Shown: positions 45,096-55,171, counted from the first letter of the stretch. The stretch is 64,000 nucleotides of DNA from an uncultured Actinomycetes bacterium (GCA_963780745.1 CAWACT010000010.1:49318-113317); one strand, 5' to 3'. Notes: generated from the letters alone by a model not told the origin. Translations and numbers: made by a program.

Positions 45096-46178
45096 CGGCC
45101 GACCCACCCTCGGGGATGCCCTGAGCAGCAGGTGCGGGCTCGCCAATCGATCTCCGCACTTCAGCCGCCCAGCGAGAATTGAGCCGCTTCCTCAGAGTCG
45201 CATCGAGCACGACCGCCACCAGGATCAAGGCTCCGAGAGCAGCCTCGATCAGAACTCGCTGATCGCCGGCAGCCTGATCAGGCTCAGCCGCAATTCATCG
45301 AGGAGCAGTGCGCCCAGGAAAGCGCCCAGCACGGTCCCCGAGCCCCCCGAGGATGCTGACCCCCCCACAACGGCGGCGGCGACCGATCGCAGTTCCAGTC
45401 CAGCCCCGGCAGCAGCGCTGATGGTGCCGACCCGGGTCAGGTACATGAAGCCGGCCAGCCCGGCGAGGGCCCCCGAGGTGAGAAAGGCGAGGAAGATCAG
45501 TCGGGCGGCCGGCAGCCCCGCTTGGCTGGCGGCATCGGGGTTGGATCCAATGGCGTAGAGCCTTCGACCACCTCTCACTCGAGCAAGGAACCATTGGAAG
45601 AACGCAACCACGGCGATCGTGATCACGAATATCAAGGTGAGGTCGAACCCACCAAGGGTGAGCACGGAACGCTGGTTGAATTCGAGAACCCAATCGGGCA
45701 ATCGATCGACCGTGATGTCGATGCCCCCCGCATACAGGCCCATTGCCGTGCGAAATACCGCCAGCGTCCCCAGCGTGGCGATTATCGCCGGTACGCCACC
45801 GAAGGCAACGAGCGCGCCGTTGATCGAGCCGAGCACGGCTCCTGCCAAAGATCGCAATGCCAATCGCCGCGATCGGCCCAGCTGCGCTAAAGGTCGCAAG
45901 AAAGTCGCCGGTCAGATAGGCGGTGAATCCGACGATGGATCCGACCGACAGATCGACGTTGCGGGTGATGATCACTATGGACTGGCCCACTGCCAGGATC
46001 GCCACGATGACCACGCTCGTAGTAAGCCGATCGAAGAAGCGCGCCCCGGGTAATCATCTATAAAGAAACTGAAGACGATCATCGAGAATGCGATCATCCC
46101 CAGGAGTGATATCTCCTTGATCCGATCTGGCTGCGGCAAGCGCCTCGAACGCGCTATCGCACCGGCATCCGTGGTCAT
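45090..46178 (-). pseudogene. Sugar ABC transporter permease, three frame breaks (~46044-46047, ~45847-45849, ~45250)
   Basis: Pieces from ORFs 45975..46178, 45295..46014 and 45249..45899, plus unlisted tail WIEAALGALILVAVVLD ending at TGA 45092-45090. Confidence 0.7.
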
Positions 46179-47666
46179 TCGGCGCCCACCGCCAGCGCCA
46201 TCACCTGTTCCTGGGTCGCTCTTTCACCGGGGAAGATGTCTCTCAGCACCCCTTCCCGCATGACCGCTACGCGATCACTCATCGCCAGGACTTCCGGCAG
46301 ATCCGATGAGATCAAGATGATGCCCAGTCCGGAACGCGCCAACTCGTCGATGAAGCGGTGTACGTCCGCCTTAGCACCTACGTCGATTCCTCTGGTGGGC
46401 TCATCGAGAACCAGAACACGCGGCTTTGCGTTCAGCCACTTGGCGAGCATCGTCTTCTGCTGATTGCCACCGGACAACTGCCCCACCGGTGTCTTCAGGC
46501 TCGGTGTCTTGATCCCGAGCCGTTGCCGGAAGGATTCGGCATCGGAACGTTCTCGCGCCGCGTCGAGGAGGCCGAATCGCGGTATAGCGCTTTAGCGTGG
46601 CCAGGGTGATGTTGGCGGTTACCGACTGGGGTAGGGAGAGGCCCGAGCGCCTCCGATCCTCCGACAGGTAGGCGATCCCGTGTCTCAGGGCATCGCCCGG
46701 GGAGGAGATGGCCAGTTGCCGGCCATCGAGCTCAATCGAGCCGGTGTCGGCGGGTGCGATACCAAAGAGGGCGAGGCCGACGTCGGTCCGGCCGGCGCCT
46801 ACCAGACCGGCGAACCCGAGCACCTCACCTCGCCGCAACTCGAAACTGATGTCTGCGAAGACGCCCGTGCGGCCCAGGCCGCTCACCTTGAGTACCGGAT
46901 CTCCCTCGTGATGCTCCGTCCGCGCGAAGAAGTCGGCAGGGTCTCGGCCGACCATCTCCCGGACCAGCGAGTCCTCGGTCACATCAGCGGCAACGCGGGT
47001 CGAGATGTGCCGCCCATCGCGGAACACCGAGATGCGATCCGAGATCGCAAAGATCTCCTCGAGGCGATGGGTTATGAAGAGGATGGCGGCCCCGGAGGCC
47101 CTGAGTTGCCTCGCCTGGCGGAACAGCCGATCCACCTCGTGAGCGGACAAGGCCGCCGTCGGCTCGTCCATGATCAGGACTCGGGTGTCGAGCGAAATTG
47201 CCTTGGCGATCTCGACGGCCTGCTGCCCGGCGACGGTCAGGCCGGCCGCGGGCAGACGCGGATCGATGTGGACGTCGAGAGCGGCCAGGATCTGGGATGC
47301 ATCGCGAGCCATTGCCTGCCGGTTGACCAGACGTCCCCTGTCCTGGTGACCGATGAAGATGTTCTCCGCAACGCTCAGGTCGGGAAAGATCGACGGTTCC
47401 TGATAGATGGCGGCGACACCGAGATGTTGCGCCTCGGCTGCATTCCGAGGAGCAAACGGTTGACCGTCCAGGATCATGGTGCCTTCGTCGGCCGCGTAGA
47501 TTCCGGTCATCAACTTGATCAGGGTGGACTTGCCCGCCCCGTTCTCGCCGACCAGGGCATGGATCTCGCCGGAATGGAGCGTGAGGTCCACATCGGATAG
47601 CGCTTGGGTCGCACCGAAGCGCTTGGACACACCCTCGATGACGAGGAGAGCCGCTTCCTCGGTCAT
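46175..47666 (-). pseudogene. Sugar ABC transporter ATP-binding protein (duplicated NBD), one frame break (~46578-46582)
   Basis: Walker A GENGAGKST and GLVGAGRT; second LSGGNQQK only in ORF 46175..46486; joins via [10 protein letters not shown]...[14 protein letters not shown]. Confidence 0.75.
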
Positions 47667-47732
47667 GGGTTCCACGAAAGCGTGGCCAGCCCGACGCCCG
47701 TTCCCACCCGACCGCCTCCATCACGTTCAAAG

Positions 47733-47758
47733 GTGTGAATTCTCACACTACCTCACAC
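47733..47758. promoter_or_regulatory. Inverted repeat GTGTGA-ATTC-TCACAC plus a third half-site TCACAC (47753-47758) in the divergent rha/pobA region
   Basis: Read directly; candidate operator. Confidence 0.4.
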
Positions 47759-47818
47759 GGTTGGACGCGGGAAGCCCCCTTTTCGCGGTGGGTCCCACGT
47801 GCCGACACGATCAGCCGC

Positions 47819-47846
47819 CGTCCGCCGTCTGCCGTCTGCCGTCTTC
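47819..47846 (-). repeat. Degenerate heptad array (CCGTCCG, CCGTCTG x2, CCGTCTT), locus R4
   Basis: Reverse complement relates to the ACGGAAG/GACGGAA heptads of R1/R3/R5. Confidence 0.7.
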
Positions 47847-47860
47847 CCCGTTCCGGCAGA

Positions 47861-49041
47861 ATGTCGGGATCGACACACAAGTGGTGATCGTCGGCGGCGG
47901 ACCGGCGGGTCTGCTGCTCTCTCATCTGCTCCACCTCGGGGGCGTCGAGAGCGTCGTCCTCGAGCGTCAGACCAGGCAGCACGTCATGGAACGGATACGT
48001 GCCGGCGTCCTCGAGTTCGGCACCACCCGGGTGCTGCGCGACGCCGGGCTCGGCGAGCGGATGCTGCGCGAGGGCTTCATCCACCGAGGCGTCGCCATAG
48101 CCTTCGGAGAGCGGGTGCTCGGATCGACTTCAAGGAGGCGACCGACAAGTACGTCACCATCTACGGGCAGACCGAGGTGCAGAAGGACCTCTTCGCCGCG
48201 GCGGATGCCCGGGGCGCTCTCGTCATCGACCGAGTTGAAGAGGTCGAGATCCACGACGCCGACACCGAATCGCCATCAGTCACCTTCGTGCGTGATGGCA
48301 CGACGGGAGCGGGTGGGCACCGTGTTCGTCGCCGGGTGCGATGGGTCGCACGGGGTGAGCCGAGAGACGATCCCGGTCCAGGTGATCCGCACCTTCGAGC
48401 GCGACTACCCGTTCGGTTGGATTGGGGTCCTCTCGGAGACACCGCCGGTGAGCAGCGAGCTCATCTACGCCAACAGCGCGCGAGGCTTTGCCCTCTGCTC
48501 GATGCGGAACCCTCATCTGAGCCGCTATTACGTGCAATGCCCGCTCGACACGACCACAGAGGACTGGCCCGACGACCGGTTCTGGACCGAGCTGAAGAGC
48601 CGGCTCCCCCGTCTTGTCAGCAACCGGATGGTGAGCGGGCCTTCGATCGAGAAGTCGATCACCCCGCTGCGCAGCTTCGTGGCCGAGCCGCTCCGCTTCG
48701 GGCACCTGTTCCTGGCCGGTGACGCCGGTCACGTCGTCCCTCCTACCGGCGCCAAGGGGCTCAACCTCGCCGTGTCCGACGTGGTCTACCTGTCCCGCTC
48801 CTTCATCGAGTACTTCAAGGACAAGAGCGAAGACGGGATCAATCGCTACTCCGAGCAGGCGCTCCGACGGGTTTGGAAGGCGGTCCGCTTCTCATGGTGG
48901 ATGACCACCATGCTCCACCGTTTTCCCGACGACGGAGAGTTCGGGCTGAAGATCCAGCACGCCGAACTCGACTACCTGGCCTCTTCCAAGGCGGCGCAGA
49001 CCGCCCTCGCCGAGAACTACATCGGTCTCCCATTCAGTTGA
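47861..49041 (+). pseudogene. pobA: 4-hydroxybenzoate 3-monooxygenase, three frame breaks (~47866-47868, ~48120, ~48300)
   Basis: VVIVGGGPAGLLLSHLL, RIDFKEATDKYVTIYGQTEV (ORF 47799..48722), AGCDGSHGVSR, FLAGDAGHVVPPTGAKGLNLA; matches remembered PobA order. Confidence 0.75.
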
Positions 49042-49834
49042 TCATGGCCCAGGGTTCTCCAGAAACCCGGCAAGCTCCTCGGTGAAGACCTCCGGTCGAT
49101 CGAGGTTGGCAGATGTGCGCCGCCCCCTCGAGGATCCTGAGCCGACTCCCGCGTATGGCGGTATGAAGGCGCTCCATGTCGGAGGCGGGGGTCGAGGCAT
49201 CGAGATCGCCGCCGATGAGAAGAGTCGGCACGCCTATCGATCCCAATACACCGCCTAGGTCAGAGATGGCGAGGGCGGCGCAGCAGCCGGCGTACCCCTC
49301 CGGGTCGGTGGACAGCAGAACATTCATAGCGCTTGCGTACCAGTCGGGATGCACCGACGGGAAGCCCGGCGCGAATCGAGCCGGGACTGTCTCTCGCAGC
49401 GCGGCCATACCACCGCTGCGCACCGCCTCGATCCGGGAGTTCCAATAGGCTGCGTCCCCGATTCGGGCGGCGGTGTTGGCCGCGGTCATCGACAGCAACA
49501 GATCGGGGCGGTGGGCGGCGATCCAGAGTGCGATCTGACCTCCCATCGACAACCCAACGATGTGGAACCGACTCAGTCCCGCTGCTTCAGCGGCGGCCAG
49601 AACGTCGGCCGCCAGCATCTCGAGCGAATACGGCCCTGGAGATGAGGCAGAGCGTCCGTGGCCCCGGGTGTCAACCGCGACGATGCGGAAGTCCGCCCCT
49701 AACGCTTCGATTTGCGGAGCCCACATCGAATGGTCCCAACCGATCGAGTGGGCCAGGACCAAGCCGGGGCCATACGCCGGCCCCGAGACCAGGTATGCGA
49801 TCCGGCAACCGCCGACATCGACGGAATCGGTCAC
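49042..49834 (-). pseudogene. pcaD: 3-oxoadipate enol-lactonase, C-terminal frame break (~49110)
   Basis: alpha/beta hydrolase GLSMGG; GTG 49834 overlaps TGA (GTGA); true tail ANLDRPEVFTEELAGFLENPGP lies in an alternative frame ending 49042. Confidence 0.65.
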
Positions 49835-50958
49835 CCGTGCGTCCTCCTCGAGCGTGTCGAGAAGCGTGTCCACCAGTGCGCCCGCCTCGCCGACGTCGCG
49901 ATCCATTTCTCCGAGGTTGGCCTCCATCGCCTCTGGGTCCACCTCCAGCTCGGCCACAGCTCTGGCGGTGGCCTCGACGGCGGCGCCGCCCGCTTGAAAT
50001 GCGGCGGGCACGGCCCACCACTCGGCGTGCCACCCTCCAACGCCCCGCTCCAACTCGGGCGGGCGGGCCGTGAGGACGAGGGCTGCCGCCCCGCGGCAGA
50101 CCTCGGCGGCGGCCATGGCTCGCATCGGATCGATCGGGTTCTGCTTCCCGGCAATGCTCGACGAGCTTCCCGGTCTGGTGCGTACCTCTCCGAGGTGCGA
50201 GAGCAACACGAGGTCGCCTGCGATCTTGGCCATGTCACCCGCTAGGGCAGCCACCGCCGCCACCGCGTCCGCAATCGGGGAGCGGTCGCCGTGCCATGGC
50301 GACGGCGGATCGGCCAGCCCAAGCGACTCGGCCAGCAGGGCGGCGACCTCGGCGCCGCGGCCACCCAACATGTGGCGGGTGCCGACGGCACCGCCGAGTT
50401 GGATGGGCAGGCTCTCGCGGTGGCGCCGCAACAGGATGCGATGCCTTCCAGCCGGCGCCAACCAGTAGGCGACCCGCAAACCGAAGGTGGTGACACCGGC
50501 AGGTTGGAGGAAGGTGCGGGCCAGTGCCGGCGTGTCCCGGTGGGTCGTGTGCCAGCCCAGCCAGATCGGAGACCAGGGGATCGAGATCGGCGAGCAAGCA
50601 CGTCGATCGCCTCCCCGACTAGGAGCATGGTGGCGGTGTCGACCACGTCCTGTGTGGTCGCTCCCCGATGGAGGGCCTCCCCCGCCTCAACGGAGAGTTG
50701 CTCCCTCATCTGGTCGAGCAGCGGCATCACCGGCGTCCCCTCTTCCCAGCCGGCGCGGAAGACCTCGGTGGCGTCCACGATGATTGCCTCGGCGGCAAGT
50801 GCGATCTCCGTCGCTGCATCAGCGTCGATGAGCCCACACTCCGCCTCGGCCGCGGCGAGCGCCGCCTCGAACCGCAACATCGCCGCCGCCCGGGCCTCTG
50901 GACTGAAGACGGCGGACAATGCGTCAGTGGTGAACCCGGGGTCGAACCAGCCGCTCAT
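49831..50958 (-). pseudogene. pcaB: 3-carboxy-cis,cis-muconate cycloisomerase, multiple frame breaks (~50592, ~50540, +T/-G pair at 50144-50158)
   Basis: Pieces in ORFs 50242..50958, 50235..50597 and 49034..50479; fumarate-lyase-family layout. Confidence 0.65.
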
Positions 50959-51707
50959 CCGCGGTTGCCCCGGTGCGCCTCTTCGGTCCTCTCATACAGC
51001 TTGCGGAGCACCATCAACTCTTCGTTCGTAGGTGGCTCGGTCTCGCCCAGGTCGGCGGAGAACCGCACATCCCATCCCGTCGCCTCGACCACATCGCTCC
51101 TCTCTACACCGGGGTGGAACGAGTCGACAATGAGTTCGTTGCTCACCGGATCCGGGGTGAGGGTGCAGAGATCGGTGATGACGAGCGTCGGGCCGCGCGT
51201 TGTCACGCCGAGCGACGACCGCTCCGACCCCGTCGGCCCGAAGCCGAGCGAAGTCACGAAGTCCACTCGCTCCACCAGCGCCTTGTTGGTGTGGCGCATG
51301 GTGACGAACACCTGGCCACAGGAGGTGGCGATCTCCGGAGCACCACCACCCCCGGGGAGCCGCACCTTGGGCCGGTGGTAGTCGCCGATCACGGTCGTGT
51401 TGATGTTGCCGAACCGGTCGAGTTGCGCCGCGCCGAGAAACCCGACCGAGATCCGGCCCCCCTGCAGCCAATAGCGGAACATCTCGGATACGGAGACGGT
51501 GGTCAGCGATGTCTCCGCCAGCTCTCCGTCGCCGATGGAAAGCGGCAGTACCTCCGGTTTGGTGCCGATCGTGCCCGACTCGTATATCAGCGTGATCCCG
51601 GGTGCGTGCGTCAGCCGGGCCAGATTGCACGCCGCCGACGGTGCCCCGATCCCGACGAAGCAAACGTCGTCGTCGCGCAGCGCCCTCGCCGCGGAGATGA
51701 TCATCAT
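50955..51707 (-). CDS. pcaJ: 3-oxoadipate CoA-transferase subunit B
   Basis: MMIISAARAL..., ESG motif (LIYESGTIG); stop overlaps the pcaB start (ATGA). Confidence 0.85.
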   Translation of the reverse strand: MMIISAARALRDDDVCFVGIGAPSAACNLARLTHAPGITLIYESGTIGTKPEVLPLSIGDGELAETSLTTVSVSEMFRYWLQGGRISVGFLGAAQLDRFGNINTTVIGDYHRPKVRLPGGGGAPEIATSCGQVFVTMRHTNKALVERVDFVTSLGFGPTGSERSSLGVTTRGPTLVITDLCTLTPDPVSNELIVDSFHPGVERSDVVEATGWDVRFSADLGETEPPTNEELMVLRKLYERTEEAHRGNRG

Positions 51708-51728
51708 CTCATCCGGGGTGACTGTCGC

Positions 51729-52544
51729 TCACGTCGTCGCTCCGAGCACGTTGTCCTCCATCCAGGCAAGGAACCTGTCGCGTTCCCGGGAGATGGCGTC
51801 CCAAGCCAGGTAGAAGGCATTGTCACGCCGGTAGTAGCCGTGGGCGTACGAGGGAGCAGCACCGCCCGGGACCACAGCCACCATGTCGATCGTCCAGGCG
51901 GGGAGGACCACGCTGTTGAGGCTGGGTGGGTCGAGATCGTCCACCAGTTCTTCGACTGTGACCACCGATCGAGCGGAAGCAAGCACCACCTCCTTCTGCA
52001 CCCCCACGATCCCCTCGACGAGCACATTGCCGTCGCGGTCGGCCCGCTGGGCGTGGATGATCCCGACATCCGGCCGCAGCGCGGGGACCGCGGCCAGTTG
52101 CTCGCCGGTGAAAGGGCAGGTGACGGTTCGGATCGATGGGTTAACCTCGGGAAGGCTGGTGCCCAAGTAGCCGCGGAACGCGGCAAAGGGAAGACCAGAA
52201 GCACCTGCCGCCCAAGCGTTGGCCATGGCGGCGTGGCTGTGCTCCTCGTAATCCAACGGCCGTGGCCAGCCGGCCTCCACGGCATCCCGGAAGCGGTGCA
52301 GCGAGCCGACACCGGGGTTGCCGCCCCATGAAAAGACGAGCTTGGCCGCGGTGCCCATCCCGATCATCTGGTCGTAGATGAGGTCGGGGGTCATCCTGAT
52401 CAGTGTGAGGTCAAGCCGCCGTTGACGGATGATCTCGTGTCCGGCCGCGAAGGGGATGAGGTGGGTGAACCCCTCGAGGGCGACGGTGTCCCCGTCGCGC
52501 ACCGTTGCCGCAATCGCCTCACGCAGCGAGGTCAGTTCTGCCAT
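51729..52544 (-). CDS. pcaI: 3-oxoadipate CoA-transferase subunit A
   Basis: CoA-transferase family I alpha subunit features; intact. Confidence 0.85.
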   Translation of the reverse strand: MAELTSLREAIAATVRDGDTVALEGFTHLIPFAAGHEIIRQRRLDLTLIRMTPDLIYDQMIGMGTAAKLVFSWGGNPGVGSLHRFRDAVEAGWPRPLDYEEHSHAAMANAWAAGASGLPFAAFRGYLGTSLPEVNPSIRTVTCPFTGEQLAAVPALRPDVGIIHAQRADRDGNVLVEGIVGVQKEVVLASARSVVTVEELVDDLDPPSLNSVVLPAWTIDMVAVVPGGAAPSYAHGYYRRDNAFYLAWDAISRERDRFLAWMEDNVLGATT

Positions 52545-53128
52545 CAGAACTCGAAGAAGACGGTCTCGTCGTCACCCTGGAAGCGAACGTCGAAGCGATA
52601 CACCTGAGGGTCACCCGGCGTACCGCGCTCGGCGATGAGGGTGTGACGGCGCTCGGAAGGGACCATCCCCAGCACCAGGTCGGCCCGGTTGGCCACTTCC
52701 TCATCGGAGAAGTAGACGCGGGTGAACGATGGGTTGAGCATCCCCCTCGCCTGGATGATGAAGTTGAGGTGAGGCGCCTGCAACTCGCCCTCCGGATCGG
52801 GCACTGGGCCTGGCTTGACCGACTCGATCAGGTACTCGCCGGTCTGGAAGTCGGTGAGCGCCCGCCCGAACCCGGTGAAACCGTCGTCGAGGTCGATCTC
52901 GGTGCGATTGTCGTCGGGATGCCGGTACCGCCCGGCGGTGTTGGCCTGCCACACCTCGATTAGGGCGTCCTCGATCGGCTGGCCATCGCCGTCGAGGACC
53001 CGGCCGGCGACCCGGATCCGACTTCCGGGAACGCCCGGACCGGCCAGCATGTTCTCGCCCTCGGCGCCTAGCCGGAGCGAGAAATAGGGGCCGAGCGTCT
53101 GCGACGGCGTCTGTCCGAGCTGGGCCAT
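52544..53128 (-). CDS. pcaG: Protocatechuate 3,4-dioxygenase alpha subunit
   Basis: ATG 53128 overlaps the pcaH stop (TGATG); TPSQTLGPYF, ANTAGRYRHP, PHLNFIIQARG. Confidence 0.85.
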   Translation of the reverse strand: MAQLGQTPSQTLGPYFSLRLGAEGENMLAGPGVPGSRIRVAGRVLDGDGQPIEDALIEVWQANTAGRYRHPDDNRTEIDLDDGFTGFGRALTDFQTGEYLIESVKPGPVPDPEGELQAPHLNFIIQARGMLNPSFTRVYFSDEEVANRADLVLGMVPSERRHTLIAERGTPGDPQVYRFDVRFQGDDETVFFEF

Positions 53129-53844
53129 CACTGATCGAGCGGAGTCGCCATCGGGCCGCGCAGCACGATGTCCCAGCGGTATCCGATAGCCCAGTTCTCC
53201 TCGGTCACATCGTGGGCGTACGCGGCCACCAGGCGGTTCCTGGAATGGGCCGGAACGGAGTTGAAGATCGGGTCGAGTGGGAGCAGCGGGTCGCCCTCGA
53301 AGTACATCTGGGTCACCAGCCTGCTGCCCCACGATGTGCCCAACAGCGAGAAGTGGATGTGCGACGGCCGCCAGGCGTTGGGATGGTTGGCCCAGGGGTA
53401 TGGGCCTGGCTTGATGGTGGTGAGCCTGTACCCGCCATCGTCACCGGTCAGCGTCTGTCCGGCGCCGAGGAAGTTGGGGTCAAGCGGCGCCGGGAAGGCC
53501 GTCTCCCTCCAATGGGTATAACGGCCGCTGGCGTTGGGCTGCCACACCTCTATCAGCGCACCAGGAACTGGGTTGCCACCGTCGTCGAGCACGCGTCCGG
53601 TGACGATTATCCGCTCACCGATCGCCGGCGATCCGGTGCCGGCGTTGGTGGTGAGGTCGGCGTCATCCGGCGAGAGCTCGGCACGCACCGTCCCCGGCCC
53701 CGTGGTCTCCGAGAGGGTTTGCACGATCCGAACCATGTCCTTGGTGGGTGATCGCTTCACCGTCGAGCGGTATTCGGCGTAAAGAAATGGCGGGTGGTCG
53801 GCATAGGCACGCGAGCCGTAGAAGGTGACCAGCGGCTCGGTCAC
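53128..53844 (-). CDS. pcaH: Protocatechuate 3,4-dioxygenase beta subunit
   Basis: PNASGRYTH, RPSHIHFSL iron-ligand motifs. Confidence 0.9.
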   Translation of the reverse strand: MTEPLVTFYGSRAYADHPPFLYAEYRSTVKRSPTKDMVRIVQTLSETTGPGTVRAELSPDDADLTTNAGTGSPAIGERIIVTGRVLDDGGNPVPGALIEVWQPNASGRYTHWRETAFPAPLDPNFLGAGQTLTGDDGGYRLTTIKPGPYPWANHPNAWRPSHIHFSLLGTSWGSRLVTQMYFEGDPLLPLDPIFNSVPAHSRNRLVAAYAHDVTEENWAIGYRWDIVLRGPMATPLDQ

Positions 53845-54203
53845 GTTTCGAGGACCCGCCTGGCGGCGGCGAAAGCGGTGTTGGCCGCGGGCACACCGGC
53901 GTATGCGGCAACGTGGAGCAGTGTCTCTGTCACCTCCTCTGGTGTCGCACCCGTCGCTGCCGCCGATCGAAGGTGGAGCTCCACCTCCTCCCGTCCCAGC
54001 GCAGCGAGGATGGCGATGGTGACCAGGCTCCGCGTCCTCCGGTCAAGCCCCGGGCGCGCCCATATCCCGCCCCACACCGACTCGGTGATCCACCTCTGGA
54101 AGTCGGCGTCGAGTCCGCTCGCCTCACCGGTCGCCGCATCTACATGTGCGTCGCCGAGCACCTCGCGCCGCACCTTCATCCCGTCCTCGTAGCGATCGGT
54201 CAC
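53841..54203 (-). CDS. pcaC: 4-carboxymuconolactone decarboxylase
   Basis: AhpD/CMD-fold motif WARPGLDRRTRSLVTIA...HL; GTGA overlap with pcaH. Confidence 0.85.
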   Translation of the reverse strand: MTDRYEDGMKVRREVLGDAHVDAATGEASGLDADFQRWITESVWGGIWARPGLDRRTRSLVTIAILAALGREEVELHLRSAAATGATPEEVTETLLHVAAYAGVPAANTAFAAARRVLET

Positions 54204-54358
54204 AGGAAACGGACGCTAACGGAGTCGGAAGACGGAAGACGGAAGTCCGCTCCCCCTCCCGGTGAGGGAGGGGGTTGGGGGAGGGTGATTTCCGCCGGGA
54301 CCAATCACCCCCTCCGCTCGCTTCGCTCGCGCCTCCCCCTCACCGGGGGAGGCAGCTG
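54204..54358 (+). repeat. Mosaic repeat locus R5 (heptads 54224-54244, module C with G4 motif 54266-54285, hairpin CCTCCCCC-TCACC-GGGGGAGG)
   Basis: Direct comparison with R1/R3; fills the whole gap between two same-strand genes. Confidence 0.9.
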
Positions 54359-55171
54359 TCAGATGGCCACGCCGACCAGGAGGGTGGCGGTGTAACCGGA
54401 ATCTGTGTCGCCGGCGAGCGACGCAATCTGGTACTGGGTGCCGTCGGCGAAGACCATGTCCTGGGAGAAGCTGGTCACCGATGTGTTGGGGCCTCTGGCG
54501 GCGTATGGCTCTACGGCGTAGACGGCTGCGGTGACCTCCTCTGGGAAGGCGATCTGAGAGGTGGCGGCGAGCCCCGACTCGAGGAATACCTGGAAGTGGA
54601 CATGGGTGATCCGCCCCTGGTACCAACCGGGATAGACCGTCTGGAAGGTCACTTCGCCGTTGTCGTCGGTGAGTTGGATGCCGCGGCAGAAGGTCTCCCC
54701 CGTTGTGTCGTTCCCCGGCTGGCTGAACCCCGAGTAGGAGCCGGCGGCGTCGCAATGCCATAGGTCCACTCGGGCACCCGAGACCGGGGCGCAGTCTGCG
54801 TTGGCGTCCACCAACGTCATCGTCAGGCTTAGCGGCACACCGGGGTGTGATTCGGTGATCTCGGACCGGAACATGGGTTCCTCACCGGAGAGATCGAGCG
54901 CGTACGGCCCTTCGGTCTCCTCCGGGATGAGGACGCAGCTCCCAGCCGCTCCGAACGTCGAGGCAGTTGCGCCCGCCGTCGTTCCCGAAGCAGCCGTGGT
55001 GCCCGAAGCCCCTGAGGTGGCGGTGGCCACCGTTTCGGTGGCACAGGCCGCGACGATGAACAACCCGGCACCGCCGAGGAGCCTGAGCGCCGAGCGCCGG
55101 CTTATGGCCCTCAGCTCCTCGTTGCTCGGCTCGTCCACTAGGTCTGGGGGCACGTCCTTGTCGGGTTGCAT
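54359..55171 (-). CDS. Intradiol ring-cleavage dioxygenase-like protein with Tat-type signal
   Basis: SRRSALRLLGGAG twin-arginine signal, Thr/Ala-rich linker, WHCDAAGSYSG and ITHVHFQV dioxygenase-like motifs. Confidence 0.75.
   Translation of the reverse strand: MQPDKDVPPDLVDEPSNEELRAISRRSALRLLGGAGLFIVAACATETVATATSGASGTTAASGTTAGATASTFGAAGSCVLIPEETEGPYALDLSGEEPMFRSEITESHPGVPLSLTMTLVDANADCAPVSGARVDLWHCDAAGSYSGFSQPGNDTTGETFCRGIQLTDDNGEVTFQTVYPGWYQGRITHVHFQVFLESGLAATSQIAFPEEVTAAVYAVEPYAARGPNTSVTSFSQDMVFADGTQYQIASLAGDTDSGYTATLLVGVAI

Noticed and set aside
50973-52331. 452-aa plus-strand ORF
   Set aside because: It is antisense to the intact pcaJ and pcaI genes and has an Arg/Gly/His-rich composition.
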